Source: Oligoflexus sp. (GTDB lineage: Bacteria; Bdellovibrionota_B; Oligoflexia; Oligoflexales; Oligoflexaceae). From it: 14,215 nt of DNA. Made by a program: the position numbers and the translations under genes. A model generated the notes under the pieces. It had not been told where the DNA came from. It made no database searches and was given only the letters and a program-made list of their open reading frames with translations. Positions 6,197 through 14,215 of the stretch are shown here, piece after piece (position 1 is the stretch's first letter; the number at the start of each line of letters is the position of its first letter). The DNA lies in NCBI GenBank assembly GCA_041736305.1, contig JBGSTX010000269.1:1-14215 (forward strand), given 5' to 3'.

Positions 6197-9133
6197 TTAC
6201 ATCGTTACCGTAGGGATAGGGGAACGAGTTCCCTCAGGCGCGGGTTGCGAGCCGACGCTGTCCTTCATGAGAGTCTGCGTTTGCTTAAAGAAGACTTCGG
6301 CTTTTTTTAGCGTCGCATAGTTGCGATCAGAGGGCGAAGAAAGAGCAGTATTTTGGATATAGTCCTTCCAGGCTCGATTGGCTTTTTCCAAATCTGTTTG
6401 ATTCTGCGTCAAGGCCCAGGTTCTATGCAGGCTCAGCGCTCGGTAATAATAGAGGCTGTGCAGAGCTTGTGTGTAGCGATCCTGAGGGATAAAACGCAGT
6501 TGCTCTTCTGTCCTATCGAGAATCTCTACCGACTGCTTCCAGTAGGATAGGGCGGTGCTGGGTTCAAGAGCAGCGGTCTTTTCACCCGCAGTATAGAGCG
6601 CCATAGCCTCGTTGATGTAGGTTCCGATAAAGCGCTTGTCGGCAAAGTCCGCGATGTTCGGGCGCGTCGTCACTCTGTGGAAAATGCTAGCTGCCCTTAC
6701 CGGGTCATGCTGCTGATTAAGGAAAATCTCGCCTAATTCGTGCTGGGCCAGCGCGTAATCAGGATGGGTTTCCGCTATGCCTTCCAGGAGAGAAATGGCT
6801 TCCGGAATACGCCCATGCTCGAGGAGCTGCTTAGCCTGGCGTCTGATATCGATTTCGAGCCGAATCGTGCGCTCACCACTGAAGTCTATACCCTCGTCGT
6901 CTAAGGCAATCGCCTGCTGGAAGGGACGGTAATCTTCACTGTAACTCAACTCGAGCTGTGAACCTTCGGGAGGTGCTTGAATTGTCTGATAAAGAGGGGT
7001 TCGGCCTAAAACTCTGCCGTTGAGCTTGACCAGAGACTGACTTGGTACGGATTCGACTCTAAATATCAGGACGTCGCGCTGCATGGCAATAATGTTTTTC
7101 GCCGCGTTGCTTGGTAGGAGGTCGAGAATAAGGGGGCGGTAGCCTGGCCGAACGATTTCAAAAGGTCCTCTGCGGCCAAGCAAATGGCTCGAAATAGCTA
7201 TTTTACCAGCCGCATCAGTTGAACCCTGCCAATGCTTTTGATAGTAGAAGTCAGCTTGGGCAAGAGGTCGATGATCAGCTTGATTTTGAATTTTGAAAAC
7301 TTGAGCCGGATCATCTTTAGACCTCTTGCTGGAGCGGAGCAGTCGTACCGAATCACCGACCCTTGCCGTCGATCGAGGCTTTAACTCCGTAACATAGATG
7401 CGGCTCGATTTTTCACCGACGGCTACTACCTTGGCAAGACCGATTTCACCCCACTTTTTTTGACGATCGAGCCCATCACTCTGCATGCCCCAGAGCTGCA
7501 GAAGTTCTCCTTCCTTGAGAGCATAGCCGCGATCTTTGCCAAGATTAATGCGAAAACCGTCTTTCACGCCTTCTGCTATTGCACCTTCAAATGGCACATA
7601 CTGGGCCAGTTCTTGGCTCAGCCGCCGCATTAAGGGGCGCAGGGAGCGGGCCGTGGCTTTGCTGGGGAGAGGAGCCTGTACCGCAGCAATGACTTTGGCC
7701 TGCGCGTTGATAAGTGCCAGTTCAATCAGGCCTTCATTATTTAAAATCAAATGAGGCCTGAGCATGAACTCAAATTCACTAGCCAGCTCGGTCCCTGCCC
7801 AGCCTTCCCGGGATAGGGACTGGGGGGAGCGGTCGATTTTGCTCAGGAGAGGGTTGACGACTTCCATGTCCGCCTCAGCGAACGGAGGCTGGCCGATGAG
7901 CTGCGCCCTTAGCCCCTCCCCTAGATGCTTTTCGAGGCTCACAAATTTCGGATTTGCGCTATCTCCCCCACTCTGGCCAAGCGGCAGCAAAAGGATCCGG
8001 GGGCGCGGTGCTTCAGGAGCTTGAAAATTTTGCACCAAACTCACCGAGCCGCCCTTGGCGAAGCTCGCCGTGACTTCTTCTGGCAGGTGCCCCGCTGCTT
8101 CGAGACGGACCTCTAGAGTCTCTTTGCTATTCGACGAGACAAGTGACAGTGGCGCAGCTAGATAACCGAAGTTATCTGTGAGCCCGAGATCTTTGTCTCC
8201 CGCTTTGACTTTGACTCCAGCAAGACCAATGCTCGTTTCATACTGCTTTTGAATAGCAAAGACTTCGAGGCTTTGGCCCTTCGTCAATTCGAAGCGAACC
8301 CGATCCCCATGGGTAAGGGAAATGCTCTTGCTTAAGGACTGGTAGCCGCTTGCCCTGATAAGAATGTCAAGATTGGCATCGCTCGAGATATGAGGAGGAA
8401 GATTGATAGTGCAGCGGCCACGGACGTTGCTCGTACAGCCCTCGATCCACTGCTTTTGCTCGGGATCACCATAGAGGACGCTAGCTTCGTTGATTTGCTG
8501 GGAACCCGCTGCGACGTAAACAGTCAATGGACGAGCTCCAGCTTCAGAATCAACGCTGTTCACAGCTTCCGAAACATCCTCTGCAGCTTCTTCCGCTTGG
8601 ATAGATACATCTACGGCTTCAGTCGGTCCTGGCAGAGTCGGAGCTGAGGTAAGCGCAGCTGGGATTGAAGTGGCTTCTCCTTCTGAACTGTCGATAGGAG
8701 AGGCAGTGGGAGCGGGCGGCGCCGGATCTATTTCTATAGGCTTCGTGGCAAGGACTGCGCCGGGCTCCGCTGTAGGACTAGAGGAAGGCAGGCTCTTGGG
8801 CACTGCAAAGAGGGTGGCGCGTACTTTAAAGAAGTTGTTTTCGCCCCTCTTGATTTTAATCGTTTCAAAAAAAGGTGCAAAAAAAGTTGTAGTACTGGCC
8901 TTGTTGACTTCCAGTACGATGGCTTCATCCAAAGGGAGGTTGAGACTTACAGTAGCATGACCTTGGGAGTCGCTACGGGCCAGCATTTGCTTGTGGACAA
9001 GTATATTGGCATCCGGAACTGGCTCTCCAGCTGCGTTGACGACCGTTACCTGGAAGCTGGCCTGGGCCTGAAAATAGCGGCAACCCGCCAGCAAAACGAG
9101 CAACGCAATCTTTAGATGTGCCTGGCGCACCAT
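6197..9133 (-). CDS. Large putative lipoprotein with beta-sandwich repeats, PEGA domain and C-terminal TPR-like helices
   Basis: Long open frame. ATG 9133 is preceded by GGGAGGG; the signal MVRQAHLKIALLVLLAG|C has a lipobox. PEGA-like VESVPSQSLVKLNGRVLGRTPL and TPR-like AISLLEGIAETHPDYALAQHELGEIF segments. Domain calls are by eye. Confidence 0.75.
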   Translation of the reverse strand: MVRQAHLKIALLVLLAGCRYFQAQASFQVTVVNAAGEPVPDANILVHKQMLARSDSQGHATVSLNLPLDEAIVLEVNKASTTTFFAPFFETIKIKRGENNFFKVRATLFAVPKSLPSSSPTAEPGAVLATKPIEIDPAPPAPTASPIDSSEGEATSIPAALTSAPTLPGPTEAVDVSIQAEEAAEDVSEAVNSVDSEAGARPLTVYVAAGSQQINEASVLYGDPEQKQWIEGCTSNVRGRCTINLPPHISSDANLDILIRASGYQSLSKSISLTHGDRVRFELTKGQSLEVFAIQKQYETSIGLAGVKVKAGDKDLGLTDNFGYLAAPLSLVSSNSKETLEVRLEAAGHLPEEVTASFAKGGSVSLVQNFQAPEAPRPRILLLPLGQSGGDSANPKFVSLEKHLGEGLRAQLIGQPPFAEADMEVVNPLLSKIDRSPQSLSREGWAGTELASEFEFMLRPHLILNNEGLIELALINAQAKVIAAVQAPLPSKATARSLRPLMRRLSQELAQYVPFEGAIAEGVKDGFRINLGKDRGYALKEGELLQLWGMQSDGLDRQKKWGEIGLAKVVAVGEKSSRIYVTELKPRSTARVGDSVRLLRSSKRSKDDPAQVFKIQNQADHRPLAQADFYYQKHWQGSTDAAGKIAISSHLLGRRGPFEIVRPGYRPLILDLLPSNAAKNIIAMQRDVLIFRVESVPSQSLVKLNGRVLGRTPLYQTIQAPPEGSQLELSYSEDYRPFQQAIALDDEGIDFSGERTIRLEIDIRRQAKQLLEHGRIPEAISLLEGIAETHPDYALAQHELGEIFLNQQHDPVRAASIFHRVTTRPNIADFADKRFIGTYINEAMALYTAGEKTAALEPSTALSYWKQSVEILDRTEEQLRFIPQDRYTQALHSLYYYRALSLHRTWALTQNQTDLEKANRAWKDYIQNTALSSPSDRNYATLKKAEVFFKQTQTLMKDSVGSQPAPEGTRSPIPTVTM

Positions 9134-9165
9134 AGCCGATCCCTCCCGGAGCATAACTTTCCTTT

Positions 9166-9174
9166 AGTATAGCA
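9166..9174 (-). promoter_or_regulatory. Putative extended -10 promoter for the lipoprotein gene
   Basis: Minus strand TG-C-TATACT, ~33 nt upstream of ATG 9133. No convincing -35. Confidence 0.45.
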
Positions 9175-9258
9175 AAGGGCATGGCTTGGAAGGGATAGCT
9201 GTTTTGAAGGGCGTTCCTACAAACGATCAATGCGCGTTATATTGCGTGCAACATAGGC

Positions 9259-10239
9259 TCAGAGTTCAGGATCAGACTTGGCGATTGGACCCTTGGCAGC
9301 TTCTGGTTGTGCGGTTTCGCTAGGTTGGTAAGAGTTATTGCGTGGGATGGCGAAGCTAAACTCCTTCTTTCGACCATCTTCGCCCTTTAAGGTTATGGCT
9401 ACGCTTGCGAAATCGCCTAGCTGTCCTTTGGGTTTGATGAAACTGAATTTCTTGTTCTTATAGTAGCGGATATTATAGTGTTGATCGGAGCTGGATTCTA
9501 TCCCTTCGGAGGTTTCGTCGCTGGGACCATTTTCAACTTCCATGTCGACCATAGTCACCTTTTGCTTGTCGTCGACAAATTTTGCGCTTGCGATGACAAG
9601 CCCACTCGACTTATTGGGGCGATTATTGTTCTGTAGAGAGAAGCGTGCCACCAATGTGCCGCTGTAGAGTTGAGTAGAGAAGTTCTCGATCACGATAGGG
9701 AATTCCAGCTTTTTAAGCTTTTCTTCGAGAGACTGACTGACCGCTCGCTCCTTAGGATCCGGACTCTTGGCGATTGCTTCGCTTGTGGAGCTAGGGTTCT
9801 TGCTGTCGGCTAACGATTTGGCTGCGAGATGAGAACCATTGGGGACTTCATCCTGCTCTTCTGCCTCGATTTCGTCTTCTACATCTTCTTCTGCCTTCGA
9901 TGCAGCCACGGAGGAAGAGAGGCTTTCCTTTTCAGGGTAAGCATTCTCATACACTTCGTCATAGCGTGTTTGATAGCTGAAGATGGTTGAAAGCAAGCCT
10001 CGCGTCTGCTGCCGCAGGTCGCTATTGGTCTGATACTCATGGATCAAGAGACCAGAAGCTATGAAGGACCAGGTCAGGAGCACGGCCAGGACCCCAAGCG
10101 TAATGCTCGCTGAACGCAAGGTGAACTTGAGCGTCCGCGTCCGACGGGAATCCATGAAGTAGATGATATTGAGAAAGCGCTGCCGCTCGCTGCGAGCACG
10201 GGCATGAACCCTGAACTTTGGATCGTTACCTTTGTCCAT
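9259..10239 (-). CDS. Hypothetical bitopic membrane protein (one TM, short coiled coil, acidic linker, C-terminal beta domain)
   Basis: Long ORF co-oriented with neighbours. Basic N-terminus, TM ITLGVLAVLLTWSFIASGLLI, E/D/S-rich linker and beta-strand-like C-terminus. ATG 10239 is preferred over TTG 10263; start uncertain. Confidence 0.7.
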   Translation of the reverse strand: MDKGNDPKFRVHARARSERQRFLNIIYFMDSRRTRTLKFTLRSASITLGVLAVLLTWSFIASGLLIHEYQTNSDLRQQTRGLLSTIFSYQTRYDEVYENAYPEKESLSSSVAASKAEEDVEDEIEAEEQDEVPNGSHLAAKSLADSKNPSSTSEAIAKSPDPKERAVSQSLEEKLKKLEFPIVIENFSTQLYSGTLVARFSLQNNNRPNKSSGLVIASAKFVDDKQKVTMVDMEVENGPSDETSEGIESSSDQHYNIRYYKNKKFSFIKPKGQLGDFASVAITLKGEDGRKKEFSFAIPRNNSYQPSETAQPEAAKGPIAKSDPEL

Positions 10240-10286
10240 CGTCAGAAACCCCGATCCAGGCAATAGAAAAATTAGACCTCGCCTTC

Positions 10287-10295
10287 ATTGTACCA
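10287..10295 (-). promoter_or_regulatory. Putative extended -10 promoter for the leftward gene cluster
   Basis: Minus strand TG-G-TACAAT, ~50 nt upstream of ATG 10239. Confidence 0.45.
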
Positions 10296-10488
10296 CTTTG
10301 ACTTTATATGACGATGGGGTTCAGGGGGAAATTAATGCCGGCCGCTGAAGAGCACTTGGATAGTCAGCGAAAGTGCCCATTTTTCTGTCCTTTTGAGGAT
10401 GATTACGGGTTACAATGAATTTTCGGCCGCCGTTTTTTGCCGATCCCGGATCGAACACGCCGGTATGCGTATGAGGAAAGGACTTATT

Positions 10489-11640
10489 GTGTTTACTCCT
10501 TCGGCAACGCCACCTCTGATGAAAATTGCTATATATCGGAGCACTAGCATCGGAGACGTGGTACTCGCGACCGCATGTATCGATCTCCTGCGTCAGATGC
10601 CGGTCCCCGTCCAGATAACCTGGGTAGGTCGTCGACCAGCTTTGCAACTTATCGCGAGCGCCTATCCAGACCTGAAACCCGTCGAAGTCGATCCCGATAT
10701 TACCAATTATCAAGATAAAGTAGTTCAAGAGCTTAAAGATGTGCATTTCATCGTCGATCTTCAGACCAATCTGCGCTCTCAACTCCTATGTCATTCTCTG
10801 AAGCGCGAACACAAAATTCCGAACTACATCTGTCGGAAAAATACCCTTGATCGCGGATCGATGCCGATCAGTTCTCGTCTGCGCGGACGGCGTCGACCGC
10901 TGCCTGAAAGCTATTTACGCGCGGAGAAATTTCAGTTTGAGATGATGACCGACGCCCTCAAGCAAGCTTTAGAAGTACACCTACCAGTCGAAATGCTGGA
11001 CGGTCTCGATCAGATCAAAGCGCACCCAGTCCTACCGACCAGCCATGATCTGGGGAACAGTCCTTGGCAGAAGGAACTTAAATTTGGGGAATGGCTGGCT
11101 ATAGCTCCAGGAGCTGCATACGACGCGAAGAAAGCTCCTTTGCAACTCCTGCGCGACATCACCGAGCTGCTCAGCGTCCATTGCAGACGCGATGAGGTCC
11201 TCAGCAAGAAAAGTTTGGGTTTGATTTTTGTCGGTAATGACAAAGACCGTGAAGTGGCTTTAGCTATTCTCGATCAGCTCGACTGGTCGGGCCCCGTGCT
11301 GAATCTCGCGGGAAAACTATCGCTGTGGGAAACGGCCTTAGCTCTCAAAGAAGCTCAGGTACTCCTCTGCAACGATTCGGGCCTGCTCCACATCTCAGAG
11401 GCAGTGGGAACGCCAGTGGTCGCTCTCTTTGGTCCAACGGTCGAGGCCTTTGGGTTTCCTCCCTGGCGCGAGGATAGTCGGGTTTTTTCCTCTACCCTGG
11501 GCTGTCGACCTTGTTCTAAACATGGTCAATCTGATTGTCGCTATGGTGACAAGCTCTGCTTCGGTCTCATCCAAACGCCGCAGCTGGTTGAGCACCTAAA
11601 AGATATCCTTAAACAGCCCGCTACAGTCGAAGGGACTTAG
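10489..11640 (+). CDS. Glycosyltransferase family 9, LPS heptosyltransferase (WaaF/WaaC-like)
   Basis: KIAIYRSTSIGDVVL, VDLQ, APGA, LAGKLSL, NDSGLLH, LFGPT and C-terminal CRPC..C..C motifs. Likely start GTG 10489 (AAGGA 6 nt upstream) or ATG 10519, rather than TTG 10393. Confidence 0.88.
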   Translation: MFTPSATPPLMKIAIYRSTSIGDVVLATACIDLLRQMPVPVQITWVGRRPALQLIASAYPDLKPVEVDPDITNYQDKVVQELKDVHFIVDLQTNLRSQLLCHSLKREHKIPNYICRKNTLDRGSMPISSRLRGRRRPLPESYLRAEKFQFEMMTDALKQALEVHLPVEMLDGLDQIKAHPVLPTSHDLGNSPWQKELKFGEWLAIAPGAAYDAKKAPLQLLRDITELLSVHCRRDEVLSKKSLGLIFVGNDKDREVALAILDQLDWSGPVLNLAGKLSLWETALALKEAQVLLCNDSGLLHISEAVGTPVVALFGPTVEAFGFPPWREDSRVFSSTLGCRPCSKHGQSDCRYGDKLCFGLIQTPQLVEHLKDILKQPATVEGT

Positions 11641-11644
11641 GCTG

Positions 11645-12925
11645 GTGAAACTCTTGATGAGACTCTATCAGTGGTTCTGGCAAGCGCTCCTACCTATTAT
11701 CGCCGGCCTCGCCCGACTGAAACCCCAGCTCAAAGCACAGATAGAGGGCCGGTCTCATAGCTTAGCAAATTTTTCGCTGTGGAATCGAGACAGCTATCGT
11801 TCCGCGGTAATTTTTTTTGCGTCATCTGCTGGTGAATATGAGCAGGCAAAGCCGCTTGCTCAGCGCCTTCAGCGAGAGGGGCGATTTATCCTATTTGTAT
11901 TCGGATCGGCATCCGGAGTCCGCTTTGCAGAAGCTCAGGGCGAGACCTTGCCCTATATAAAAGCTCCTTGGGATCAACCACGGGAGTGGCTGCGAATTTT
12001 CCGAGCGGTCAAACCAGATTTCACCATCATTATCCGCTATGAACTCTGGCCGGGTTTTCTTGCTATTGCGAAGCAATTTGGAAAAATCTATCTGGTCAAT
12101 GCGGTTAAATCGCAGGGTCTCAATCGGAAAGCGCTGTCTCGCTGGATCTGGTGTCGCATGCTCAGATCCATTTCCGAAATTTTTGTCGTAGGCGACTCAG
12201 ATCGTGCATTTTATACCGATAGGCTTGGCCAAGCTGGACACAAAGTCCATTCGATGGGTGATACAAAATACGACCGCGTCTTTGAGCGCATAGCGGAGCG
12301 GGCCTCTCAAAGCAGCTCGCTCAAATCGGAGCTAGATCCTTTTCTCAGAGATGCCCAAATACTGATCATCGGCAGTGCCTGGCTGCCTGATCTCAATGTC
12401 GTGCTCAGCGTTTGGAAAGAGCTACGGCTCTTGTGCCCGCCGCTTAAGCTGCTCGTCGTGCCTCACGACATCGGTCAAGCAAATGCGGGGAAAATGGAGG
12501 CGGCGCTGCAGGGAGCTGGCCTTCGTACGGCTAGAGCTAGTCGCAGTGGAATGGGGGCTGCGACGGCTGCAGACGACGCGCTCTTAGTCGACCGCTTGGG
12601 GCTCCTTCCTGAGCTCTATGGACTAGCCCATATCGCCTGGGTAGGCGGCGGTATGCATTTTCGAGTCCACAATGTACTCGAGCCCGCCTGCCGTGGTATC
12701 TATATCTGCTTCGGGCCTCGCTATCAAAGCAGCCAAGAGGCAGTATGGCTCGTCGAAAAAGCTTTGGCTCAGGTAATTCAGAACGGCGGCGAATTTTTGA
12801 GCGCCTTTGAAAAGCTGACATGGAATCATAAGCCCCCCCATCAAGCCTTATGGCAGGCTGTGGAAAAACAAAGGGGCACGAGCGAGCGGATACTTAGGGC
12901 CATTGCTAGGAGTGAGATTTTATGA
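11645..12925 (+). CDS. waaA: 3-deoxy-D-manno-octulosonic acid (Kdo) transferase
   Basis: ASSAGEYEQ (HxxSxGE-like), YELWP, GDTKYD, GSAW, VPH, DRLGLL, VGGG..HNVLEPA. GTG start 4 nt after the GT9 stop. Confidence 0.88.
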   Translation: MKLLMRLYQWFWQALLPIIAGLARLKPQLKAQIEGRSHSLANFSLWNRDSYRSAVIFFASSAGEYEQAKPLAQRLQREGRFILFVFGSASGVRFAEAQGETLPYIKAPWDQPREWLRIFRAVKPDFTIIIRYELWPGFLAIAKQFGKIYLVNAVKSQGLNRKALSRWIWCRMLRSISEIFVVGDSDRAFYTDRLGQAGHKVHSMGDTKYDRVFERIAERASQSSSLKSELDPFLRDAQILIIGSAWLPDLNVVLSVWKELRLLCPPLKLLVVPHDIGQANAGKMEAALQGAGLRTARASRSGMGAATAADDALLVDRLGLLPELYGLAHIAWVGGGMHFRVHNVLEPACRGIYICFGPRYQSSQEAVWLVEKALAQVIQNGGEFLSAFEKLTWNHKPPHQALWQAVEKQRGTSERILRAIARSEIL

Positions 12926-14215
12926 AGGCATCCGTGGTCAAAAAGTTGATCATCAATAGTTCTGTATCCGAGACCCGGATAGCTCTCCTCGAAGGCGAGC
13001 GCCTTGCTGAGCTCTATGTCGAACGTCAGCATAAGCGAGGGATGGTTGGCAATATCTATAAGGCGAAGGTCAGCCGCGTTCTTCCAGGTATGCAGTCAGC
13101 CTTTGTGAATATAGGGGCCGATCGATCTGCATTCCTTTATGGAGGCGATGTTGTCGACTCTGAGTATCTGGCCAATATCAAAAATCAAGGGGGGCAGGAT
13201 CCTCGCGAAAGCAACAACCGGACCCCTATTGAAAAACTGCTACGTGAAGGGCAGGAGATCATAGTTCAAGTGGCGAAGGAGCCCTTGGGCACAAAAGGAC
13301 CGCGGGTCACGATGGTTGTCACCATACCCGGTCGCTATCTGGTTCTGATGCCAGAATTTAATAGCGTGGGCATATCGCGTCGCATCGAAGACGAAGCCAC
13401 ACGGCAGCGACTCTTAAACGAGGTCGACGCCTTGCGGCCTAAAGACCGTGGGATCATTATCCGCACCGCAGCTCTCGAGGCTCAGACCGAGCATCTGCGG
13501 AAAGATCTCGACTACCTTCTGAAAGTATGGGAAGTGGTCCAGGAAAAGCGACATAAATGCTCAGCTCCTGCTCTCCTCTATCAGGAGCCGGATTTGGTAT
13601 TGAAGACCACCCGTGACCTCTATACCGAAGATGTCTCGGAAATCGTTGTCGATGAGCCACAGGTTTACGAGCAGCTTGAACATTTCATGCAAGACTCTAT
13701 TCCTGGCGCCACAGAAAAGCTGAAGCTCTATCGCGGCAAAGATCTTATTTTTGATCATTACGGGCTTGAAATCGAAATCGCTACGGCTCTTGCGCGCAAG
13801 GTGTGGTTGCCTTCAGGAGGCTATCTCGTTATAGACCAGACGGAAGCCCTCACCTCCTTCGATGTAAATACCGGTAAGTTCGTCGGGACACTGAATGCTC
13901 AGGACACCATCCTCCGCACCAACCTGGAAGCCATCGATGAAATCGTTAACCAACTGCGGGTCAGGAACCTCGGGGGCATCATCGTCATCGATTTTATCGA
14001 TATGGAGAGCTTCGCCGATCAGCAGAAGGTGAATGAAAAGCTTCTCGATTCGCTCAAAGCTGATAAATCCCGCACTAATGTTCTGGCCATTAATGAATTG
14101 GGACTGGTGCAGATGACGAGAAAGCGGACCAGAGAGTCGCTGGAACGAGTTTTGACCTCGGACTGTTCGCATTGCGATGGCTGGGGACGCACTCTGAGTC
14201 GCGAATCTTCCGTGT
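12922..14215 (+). CDS. rng: Rne/Rng-family ribonuclease (RNase G-like), 3'-truncated by the window edge
   Basis: Translated by hand: MKASVVKKLIINSSVSETRIALLE...GNIYKAKVSRVLPGMQSAFVNIG (S1 domain)...QVAKEPLGTKGPR...GISRRI...LPSGGYLVIDQTEALTSFDVNTG...GGIIVIDFIDM...MTRKR...CSHCDG. AGGAG RBS at 12908-12912 and ATGA overlap with the waaA stop. rng versus rne cannot be settled without the 3' end. Confidence 0.93.
   Translation, partial: MKASVVKKLIINSSVSETRIALLEGERLAELYVERQHKRGMVGNIYKAKVSRVLPGMQSAFVNIGADRSAFLYGGDVVDSEYLANIKNQGGQDPRESNNRTPIEKLLREGQEIIVQVAKEPLGTKGPRVTMVVTIPGRYLVLMPEFNSVGISRRIEDEATRQRLLNEVDALRPKDRGIIIRTAALEAQTEHLRKDLDYLLKVWEVVQEKRHKCSAPALLYQEPDLVLKTTRDLYTEDVSEIVVDEPQVYEQLEHFMQDSIPGATEKLKLYRGKDLIFDHYGLEIEIATALARKVWLPSGGYLVIDQTEALTSFDVNTGKFVGTLNAQDTILRTNLEAIDEIVNQLRVRNLGGIIVIDFIDMESFADQQKVNEKLLDSLKADKSRTNVLAINELGLVQMTRKRTRESLERVLTSDCSHCDGWGRTLSRESSV

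Noticed and set aside
8867..8885. Two A7 tracts near the 5' end of the lipoprotein gene as phase-variation sites
   Set aside because: Short, explained by Phe-Phe codons, and the frame is intact.
9231..9250. Imperfect inverted repeat TGCGCG-N8-CGTGCA after the bitopic protein gene as a terminator
   Set aside because: Short mismatched stem with no convincing U-tract.
10264..10488. Known riboswitch or ncRNA in the divergent intergenic region
   Set aside because: I could not match c-di-GMP, glycine, TPP, SAM, 6S or SRP consensus features by eye; an Rfam scan would be needed.
10321..10782. 153-aa minus-strand ORF
   Set aside because: Largely antisense to the GT9 N-terminus and crosses the promoter region; no domain signature.
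11811..11818. T8 tract in waaA as a slippage switch
   Set aside because: Encodes Ile-Phe-Phe in frame; waaA is normally essential, so on/off switching is unlikely.
13457..14172. Minus-strand ORFs 13457-13660, 13561-13758 and 13813-14172
   Set aside because: Antisense shadows of the clearly conserved Rne/Rng gene on the plus strand; no recognisable motifs.
1..14215. CRISPR array, tRNA, transposase/integrase, prophage or defence genes
   Set aside because: No regularly spaced repeats, cloverleafs, terminal inverted repeats or relevant protein motifs seen; the window is densely filled with intact genes.

Overview
Bacterial chromosomal window of roughly even GC content. The gene mix suggests a Gram-negative delta-proteobacterial/Bdellovibrionota-like organism (inference, not established). 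It opens with the 3' half of a 5S rRNA and its intrinsic terminator, followed by an SDR resembling 2,4-dienoyl-CoA reductase (+). A run of eight minus-strand genes follows, listed in transcription order: a bitopic hypothetical protein, a ~980-aa multidomain lipoprotein (beta-sandwich repeats, CsgG/TolB-N-like, FlgT-C-like, PEGA, TPR), a pseudo-receiver/PilZ protein, a histidine kinase, an OmpR-family regulator, dapF, an acyltransferase and a YdcF/ElyC-family protein. Diverging from these is a plus-strand operon: GT9 heptosyltransferase, Kdo transferase waaA and an RNase E/G-family gene that runs off the window and is missing from the ORF track. I found no mobile element, CRISPR array or defence system. 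Most genes are housekeeping. The best candidate for an uncharacterised system is the lipoprotein + c-di-GMP receptor + two-component + envelope-enzyme cluster. A possible Cys-Pro-rich small ORF lies in the divergent promoter region.
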